From positions 1 through 30,765 of the forward strand of contig JASFYO010000049.1 in NCBI GenBank assembly GCA_045047305.1: a stretch of DNA of 30,765 nucleotides, read 5' to 3'. This stretch comes from Planctomycetota bacterium. Lineage in GTDB: Bacteria > Planctomycetota > UBA1135. This document shows, piece after piece, positions 24,901-30,765 of the stretch (positions within the stretch are counted from its first letter, which is position 1; each line of letters opens with the position of its first letter). The notes below the pieces were generated by a model. That model was not told where the DNA came from. It searched no databases and saw only the letters and a list, made by a program, of their open reading frames with translations. A program made the translations under genes and the position numbers.

Positions 24901-26439
24901 CTATGAAACGAGGAGAGTGTGACCATCCATGACCTCGGGTTGTGCGATCTCCATAGCCTGCATGAGAGTTGGGGCGACGTCGGCAAGAACACCCATTGCG
25001 CGCAGCTTGGCACCACGAAACTCCTCTCCAATGAGAAGGAAAGGAACCGGGTTGACGGTGTGCGCGGTATGCACATCTCCAGTCACCGGATCGATCATCT
25101 GTTCTGCATTTCCATGGTCCGCAGTAATCGCAACAATCCCACCAACTGCGAGTGCAGCATCCACGATTTGTTTCAAGCAACCATCCACTGCGCGGACCGC
25201 GGCTTCTGCTGCGCTCACGATGCCGGTGTGACCGACCATATCGGAGTTGGCAAAGTTAATCACGTACAAATCGTTTTCGCCCTGCTCGAGTCGGTTGAGC
25301 ACAGCAGCTGTGATCTCAAAGGCAGACATTTCTGGCTTCAAATCGTAGGTGGCCACCTTAGGCGATGCCACAAGGTGACGTTCCTCTCCCTTATAGACCG
25401 CTTCGCGCCCACCATTAAAGAAAAATGTGACATGCGCATATTTTTCGGTCTCGGCGCAGCGGAATTGACGCATGCCAGCCTCGGCCACCAACTCCCCAAA
25501 CATCGAGGCCAGCTCCAATGGCGGGTAGGCGACAGCACAAGAAAACTCCTTTGAGTATTGGGTCATGCTGGTGTAGTGCACCTTTGGAACACTGCCCCGC
25601 TCCAAGTCACGGAAATGCTCATCGCCGAGGAAGGCCGCAGTGATCTGACGCACCCGGTCAGCACGAAAGTTCAAGCTCAACACCGAGTCACCGTCTTCCA
25701 TCTTGGCCGCAGCACCAAGTGCAATGGGCTTAACAAACTCATCGGTTTCGCCTCGCGCATAGGCCTCCTCCACCGCAGTGGTGGCACTGGAAGCGTGGAA
25801 GTCAGCTTTGCCATGCACCATCAAATCCCACAACAACTGCGTGCGCTCCCAGTTGTTGTCACGGTCCATGCCCGAGTAGCGTCCGCACAAGGTGGCAAAG
25901 CGTGCCCCTGTTTTGTGCAAAAGAGGCTCTAATCGCCTAACGTAATTGAGTGCGGAGGATGGCGATGTGTCGCGGCCATCCAGTAAGCCGTGGAGCAAAA
26001 TCCGTTCTCCAGGAAAATCCATGGACGCGGCCAACGCCAACACCGCTTCAAGATGCTCATCGGAAGCATGCACGCCACCATTGCCGATTAAACCGAAAAG
26101 GTGCAACCGCCCACCGCTTTCGCGCGCAGCTTCTACCGCCCCACGCAAAGCCCCAATGCGTTGAAATTCTCCATTGCGGATACTTTCGTCAATGCGAGAA
26201 ATCGTCTGATAAACCCTTCGTCCAGCACCAATATTGGTGTGTCCGACTTCCGAATTCCCCATCAATCCTGGGGGTAAACCGACCTCCTTCCCTGACGCCG
26301 AGAGCAGCGCATGGGGCCATTGTTCCCACCAGGAGAGGAAATTTTCCGCTGGAGCGTGGGTAATAGCGTTGTTCTCGTCAGGAGGGGCATATCCCCAACC
26401 ATCGAGCACGATGAGAAGTTTTGGGCGCTTCGAAGTCAT
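24901..26439 (-). CDS. gpmI: 2,3-bisphosphoglycerate-independent phosphoglycerate mutase
   Basis: LIVLDGWG, MGNSEVGH, GGVH, DGRDT, NFRADR, AETEKYAHVTFFFNGG, NFANSDMVGHTG, TADHGNAE. Confidence 0.98.
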   Translation of the reverse strand: MTSKRPKLLIVLDGWGYAPPDENNAITHAPAENFLSWWEQWPHALLSASGKEVGLPPGLMGNSEVGHTNIGAGRRVYQTISRIDESIRNGEFQRIGALRGAVEAARESGGRLHLFGLIGNGGVHASDEHLEAVLALAASMDFPGERILLHGLLDGRDTSPSSALNYVRRLEPLLHKTGARFATLCGRYSGMDRDNNWERTQLLWDLMVHGKADFHASSATTAVEEAYARGETDEFVKPIALGAAAKMEDGDSVLSLNFRADRVRQITAAFLGDEHFRDLERGSVPKVHYTSMTQYSKEFSCAVAYPPLELASMFGELVAEAGMRQFRCAETEKYAHVTFFFNGGREAVYKGEERHLVASPKVATYDLKPEMSAFEITAAVLNRLEQGENDLYVINFANSDMVGHTGIVSAAEAAVRAVDGCLKQIVDAALAVGGIVAITADHGNAEQMIDPVTGDVHTAHTVNPVPFLLIGEEFRGAKLRAMGVLADVAPTLMQAMEIAQPEVMDGHTLLVS

Positions 26440-26483
26440 GGGAGGGTGCCATTGGCACGGTTTGGTACTACGATAGAGACATC

Positions 26484-27278
26484 ATGCGCGTTTTTCTCCC
26501 TTCTCTTTTGCTTGCGGTCCTCGCAGCCGCTTGTTCTTCGGTCCCCGGAACCGGCCGTTCTCAACTGAACTTCATGTCTGCCGGTCAAGAAATGAAAATG
26601 GGAGCGCAGGCTTACACCGAGATGCTTGCCGAGGAACGCGTCATCACCTCCGGGCCCGATGCTGAGATGGTACGGCGCATTGGAGAAAACATTGCGCGCT
26701 CCGCCACCGAGCTGCTGCCGGAATCCGATGCCAAGCGTTTCCGCTGGGAATTCAAACTGATTGACTCCCCCGAAACCGTGAATGCATGGGCGCTACCTGG
26801 AGGCAAGACTGCGGTCTACACTGGGCTGCTTGCGGTTACTCAGGATGAAGACAGTCTTGCCGCCGTGATGGGACACGAAATCGCGCATGCCACTTCGCAC
26901 CACGGAGCCGAGCGTGTCAGCCACAACATGCTGCTTCAGTTAGGCATGCTTGGCGCTTCCTTCAGCATGAAGGATATGGATCCGGCTGAGCGAAATGGAT
27001 ACATGATGGCTTTAGGCGTGGGTACCAACGTTGGCGTCATGCTCCCCTTCTCGCGCAGCCATGAATCCGAGGCCGATGAAATCGGTTTGATGCTTGCCGC
27101 AAACGCTGGCTATAACCCAGAAGCTGCAATCGGTTTATGGGAACGCATGGGTGCTGCTTCTTCGGGGGCACCACCGGAGTTTCTATCCACGCACCCAAGC
27201 CCCGGCACCCGCATTGAACGTCTGCGCGCCTTGATGCCAGAAGCCAATAAGCTTTACCAAGCTGCGTTGAAGCGTTGA
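26484..27278 (+). CDS. M48-family metalloprotease lipoprotein
   Basis: Start reassigned to ATG 26484; lipobox LAAAC; NAWALPGG, GHEIAH, FSRSHESEAD, EFLSTHP. Confidence 0.93.
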   Translation: MRVFLPSLLLAVLAAACSSVPGTGRSQLNFMSAGQEMKMGAQAYTEMLAEERVITSGPDAEMVRRIGENIARSATELLPESDAKRFRWEFKLIDSPETVNAWALPGGKTAVYTGLLAVTQDEDSLAAVMGHEIAHATSHHGAERVSHNMLLQLGMLGASFSMKDMDPAERNGYMMALGVGTNVGVMLPFSRSHESEADEIGLMLAANAGYNPEAAIGLWERMGAASSGAPPEFLSTHPSPGTRIERLRALMPEANKLYQAALKR

Positions 27279-28963
27279 GTTTGCTACTGCCGCTACTGCT
27301 TGCGGCACTGCTCCCCCAACAGGTCGAAGTCGGTCCGCTGTCAACCCAGCGTTTGGCCGCGGATTTGGAGTTCCTAGCAGACGATGCCTTTGAGGGGCGT
27401 GATTCCGCTGAGTTTGGCGGCCATGCTGCAGCACGATTCCTCGCCACTCGGTTCGCGCAGACTGGGCTGCAAAAAGTGGGCGATGACTGGCTGCATGCGT
27501 TTAGCGTGAAGCCCTTGATGCTGGATCGCAGTGCAACCTTTCTGCAACTGGAAGAGCATCGCTTTCAGCTCGGCGATGCCTTCTTCCCGCACCCAGCAGC
27601 CCCCGAGGGCCATGTTGCCGGACGATTAGTTTTTGCCGGCTATGGCATACAGCGAGACGCCGATCACTACGATGACTTAACAGGCCTAGACCTACGCGGC
27701 GCAGTGGTATTAGTTTTACGCTTTGAGCCGCGTGTCATGGATACCCAGGGCGGATTCCTGGGGCAAGAGCTCACTCCAGAAGCCCGTCTCCAAGAAAAAC
27801 TGAAGCTCCTCGCCTCGCGTGGCGCCGCAGCCGTGTTGTTGGCTGATGCACCCACTGCCTTTAGCCAGGTGCACGATTCCTTGGCTGTGGGCACGAACTA
27901 CTGGCCGACTTTTTCTCCCCTCTATCGCCTACTAAACCCGCTTCTTGGATCCGCCGAAGTACGGAGGGAATTCCATGCGATGAATTTCCAAACGGTGGAC
28001 GCCAAGGACCAAGTGGTTAGTCGGATGCAGCATCAAGTAGCGCTTGCGTCCCCCATTCCAGTTGCTTACGTTTCACGTAGTGTTGCCCAGCAAATGTTGC
28101 ATGGAAGCGGCATCACGTTGCGCGCTTGGGCCGAGCAAACCGATGCGCAACCGCAGCAAGCCCGTGGGTTCGATTGTAAAAAGAAGATCACTCTTGCGAT
28201 CCACCATCCATGGCAAGAACAAAGCCTGGCCTTCAATGTGGTTGGCATGATTCCAGGGAAGAATCCGCGCTTGGCGCAGGAATATGTGGTGATTGGCGCG
28301 CACTATGATCATCTGGGAATGCATCCAGATGGAAGGATTTGGAACGGGGCCGATGACAATGCCTCTGGAGTTGCCGGCCTGCTTGGGTTAGCTGCGCACT
28401 TTATGCAGCCTGAATTTCGGCCGCGCCGAAGCTTGGTGTTTGTCGGATTTAGCGGAGAAGAGCGCGGATTGCTCGGCTCTTTCGCATTCCTTGATCAACG
28501 CATCATTCCAGCTGAAAAAATCGCCCTGATGCTGAACTTAGAAATGATTGGGCGTACAAAAGAACAGTCCTTTACCTTGATTGGCGGACGTAGTGCAGAA
28601 GGCTTAGAGGGTTTAGTGCAAGCTGTCGCTATGCCAAAGGGCTGGACCTTGAAAGAAAACCACCAGCTTCTATTCGACCAAAGCGACCAGCTTGGCTTTC
28701 ATCGTATGGGCATCCCAACGCTGCTTTACACCACCGGCGCGCATGAGGACTACCACCGCCCTAGCGACCTCCATGAGCGGATTCAGCTGCACGGAATGGA
28801 GCTTATTTGCCGCCACGCGGCCTCGGTCCTACATCAAATCGACTCCCGCCTGGACCGACTCAAAGCAGTGGACTACCTTTCCCTGAACCACGTATTTTTC
28901 AACCAGAAGGCCAAATCCGACGGCCCCATGGCAGTACCCTTCCGTCAGCGTTTGGATTACTAA
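27275..28963 (+). CDS. M28-family peptidase with PA domain
   Basis: TTG start overlapping the upstream TGA; LADDAFEGR, LVFAGYGI, VVIGAHYDHLG, NGADDNASG, FSGEERGLLGS, YHRPSD. Confidence 0.9.
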   Translation: MSLLLPLLLAALLPQQVEVGPLSTQRLAADLEFLADDAFEGRDSAEFGGHAAARFLATRFAQTGLQKVGDDWLHAFSVKPLMLDRSATFLQLEEHRFQLGDAFFPHPAAPEGHVAGRLVFAGYGIQRDADHYDDLTGLDLRGAVVLVLRFEPRVMDTQGGFLGQELTPEARLQEKLKLLASRGAAAVLLADAPTAFSQVHDSLAVGTNYWPTFSPLYRLLNPLLGSAEVRREFHAMNFQTVDAKDQVVSRMQHQVALASPIPVAYVSRSVAQQMLHGSGITLRAWAEQTDAQPQQARGFDCKKKITLAIHHPWQEQSLAFNVVGMIPGKNPRLAQEYVVIGAHYDHLGMHPDGRIWNGADDNASGVAGLLGLAAHFMQPEFRPRRSLVFVGFSGEERGLLGSFAFLDQRIIPAEKIALMLNLEMIGRTKEQSFTLIGGRSAEGLEGLVQAVAMPKGWTLKENHQLLFDQSDQLGFHRMGIPTLLYTTGAHEDYHRPSDLHERIQLHGMELICRHAASVLHQIDSRLDRLKAVDYLSLNHVFFNQKAKSDGPMAVPFRQRLDY

Positions 28964-29856
28964 TGACCCCTTCCACCACCACTCGTATCGGCATTGACCT
29001 CGGCGGCACCAACATTAAGTTGGGGCGGGTGGAAAATGGTCAAGTCGTCCAGCGTTTCGAAATCCCTACCGCGCATGAGGCCGACGCTTGCCTCAGCTCC
29101 TTAGTCGAGCATGTGGCCTTGCTCTCTCCCCATGGCCCCCCTGCCCAAATTGGCATTGGGCTGCCTGGAGTGATTGAACATGGGCGCAGCCGCGTGGTCG
29201 ATGCCCCAAATCTATCCTTCTTGGTCGACCTCCCACTCGCAGACCGTTTAAGTGCAGCGTGCGATTGCCCCGTCATGCTTGAAAACGACGCCAATGTTGC
29301 TGCACTTGGAGAAGCACGATGTGGAGCTGGACAAAATCACCCCAACTTTCTTTTCATCACCCTAGGCACCGGGGTTGGGGGTGGTTTGATTTTCGACGGC
29401 CACCTGTTCCATGGCCCAGGCGGCATGGCGGGTGAATTTGGTCACCTTACGGTCGGCCATGATCGCCAATGCGGTTGTGGCGCTCTAGGCTGCCTGGAAG
29501 CGATTGCCTCGGCCCGTGCTATGGAAACCCTTGCCGCCCAAAACTTAGGCAAGTCGCTTCCGCTGAAAGAGCTGGCCGATGCAGCACGCCTCGGCGACCG
29601 CGACGCCTTAGCGGTTTTTCACACCGCTGGCGCCTGCCTCGGAGAGGCCTTGGCGCAAGTGACTTTGCTCCTAGATTTGCGCGTCTTTCTATTCGGCGGT
29701 GGTGGTGGCCCAGTTCTGGATTTACTCCAAAAACCAGCACGAGCGGTTCTCAAACAGCGCTGTTTCGGGCGCACCGGCGATGACTTCCAATTGCTTGCCG
29801 CAGACCTTGGCAACGACGCAGGATTGATTGGTGCCGCCTATCTTGATCAAGCATGA
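28963..29856 (+). CDS. ROK-family sugar kinase (glucokinase-like)
   Basis: Start reassigned to ATG 28963 (TAATG overlap); IGIDLGGTNIK, ENDANVAALGE, TLGTGVGGG, GEFGH, CGCGALGCLE. Confidence 0.93.
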   Translation: MTPSTTTRIGIDLGGTNIKLGRVENGQVVQRFEIPTAHEADACLSSLVEHVALLSPHGPPAQIGIGLPGVIEHGRSRVVDAPNLSFLVDLPLADRLSAACDCPVMLENDANVAALGEARCGAGQNHPNFLFITLGTGVGGGLIFDGHLFHGPGGMAGEFGHLTVGHDRQCGCGALGCLEAIASARAMETLAAQNLGKSLPLKELADAARLGDRDALAVFHTAGACLGEALAQVTLLLDLRVFLFGGGGGPVLDLLQKPARAVLKQRCFGRTGDDFQLLAADLGNDAGLIGAAYLDQA

Positions 29857-30017
29857 GTGGTGCCACTAGCGAGGAAAAGCGTCGCTTGGTGCGTTTTGCA
29901 ATTCTGATTGGTATTTTGCTGCTTGCCATCTATGCGCTGTTTGATTTGGCCGATCGTTTGGAAATCGCCAAAGAGCACGATCAGGCGACTAAGGCCGCGG
30001 CGGAAACAGACGGTTAG
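29853..30017 (+). CDS. 54-aa single-TM small protein (absent from ORF track)
   Basis: ATGA overlap with the ROK stop; MSGATSEEKRRLVRFAILIGILLLAIYALFDLADRLEIAKEHDQATKAAAETDG; basic residues precede the hydrophobic core. Confidence 0.65.
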   Translation: MSGATSEEKRRLVRFAILIGILLLAIYALFDLADRLEIAKEHDQATKAAAETDG

Positions 30018-30765
30018 GGTTTTCCACTAAAACTTTGTGCTTCAGGATATCGCTGAACTCTTTCAGGGCACAGAAAGTATCAAGGTTCGTGCGCATCTGA
30101 CGCACCCCCGGACTGGGCCAATCCGTCCCCCACAAGACTTTGTCAGCAATCACATCTAGGCGCGGGAGTTGCTGCGGAAGCTGCTGCGGTGGAATCCCGC
30201 TCAGCTCTAACCACACATGCAAATGGCGTCGTGCGACGAAAAAGGCTTCGTCGTACCAAAGCGGACGTCCGGCGTGCGCCAGCAAGATACGTAGGTTGGG
30301 GAAATCGATGGCGACATCGTCGATGTCCATTGGGTTGCCATAGGAAGCGCGGGCACCGGGAAAGACCGAGGTTCCAGTGTGAATCATCACCGGCACGCCG
30401 CGATCTTCGCAGGCGGCATAAACCTCGGCGAGGCCAGGCATTTGATTCTGGCAATAGGCATTGGCGCGAAACTCTTGGTGTGGCGGGTGGATCTTGATGC
30501 CATCGACTTTTAACTCATCCAAAATGCGCTCCATTTCGGCGGGGACATCATCACAGAAATCAGGGTGCACACCACCCCAGGCAATGAACATGGATGGATC
30601 AAAATCGCGGTATTTCGCAATCCAATCATTGCAGCTCGCATCAAAGCCCATCAGCTTGGGCGAGACATAATTAATCAAACCAACGCGAGCGATTCCCTGC
30701 TCCCGTAAATGCTCGCGAAAGGCGGAGGGGTCGGATTGGTAGAGCAGGATGTCATCGACATCATT
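29989..30765 (-). CDS. amidohydrolase_2-family metal-dependent hydrolase (5' end outside window)
   Basis: GIKIHPPHQ, PVMIHTG, ILLAHAGRP, KVLWGTDWP; frame stays open from 30678 to the window edge (NDVDDILLYQSDPSAFREHLREQGIARVGL). Confidence 0.92.
   Translation of the reverse strand, partial: NDVDDILLYQSDPSAFREHLREQGIARVGLINYVSPKLMGFDASCNDWIAKYRDFDPSMFIAWGGVHPDFCDDVPAEMERILDELKVDGIKIHPPHQEFRANAYCQNQMPGLAEVYAACEDRGVPVMIHTGTSVFPGARASYGNPMDIDDVAIDFPNLRILLAHAGRPLWYDEAFFVARRHLHVWLELSGIPPQQLPQQLPRLDVIADKVLWGTDWPSPGVRQMRTNLDTFCALKEFSDILKHKVLVENPNRLFPPRP

Noticed and set aside
26453..26467. sigma54 promoter (TGGCACG)
   Set aside because: The -12 position reads GGTA rather than TTGC.
1..30765. CRISPR array, tRNA/rRNA, IS, prophage or anti-phage defence genes
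   Set aside because: No regularly spaced repeats, cloverleaf or recognisable mobile/defence motifs were seen; nearly all sequence is accounted for by CDSs.

Overview
Gene-dense bacterial chromosome segment with about 24 CDSs. I found no rRNA, tRNA, CRISPR array, integrase or transposase. The repertoire (FG-GAP, DUF1565-like and choice-of-anchor-type exoproteins, few Shine-Dalgarno sites) suggests an uncultured Planctomycetota-like organism, but this is inference only. Housekeeping genes (panB, yitJ-type methionine enzyme, bolA-grxD, grxC, ychF, gpmI, ROK kinase, amidohydrolase) are interleaved with many large exported proteins. Best candidates for something undescribed: (1) a ~103-105 aa C-terminal domain shared by three tandem, otherwise unrelated secreted proteins (M36-like peptidase, M28 peptidase, LVIVD protein), with a more divergent version on an FG-GAP protein, behaving like a sorting or anchoring tag; (2) a sodium:solute symporter with a C-terminal double-psi beta-barrel-like domain and a small 2-TM partner, next to panB; (3) a terminator-like hairpin with the next gene's start codon in its loop; (4) repeated -10-like boxes 7-10 nt before start codons; (5) a 54-aa membrane ORF missing from the ORF track. 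All alignments and counts were done by eye.
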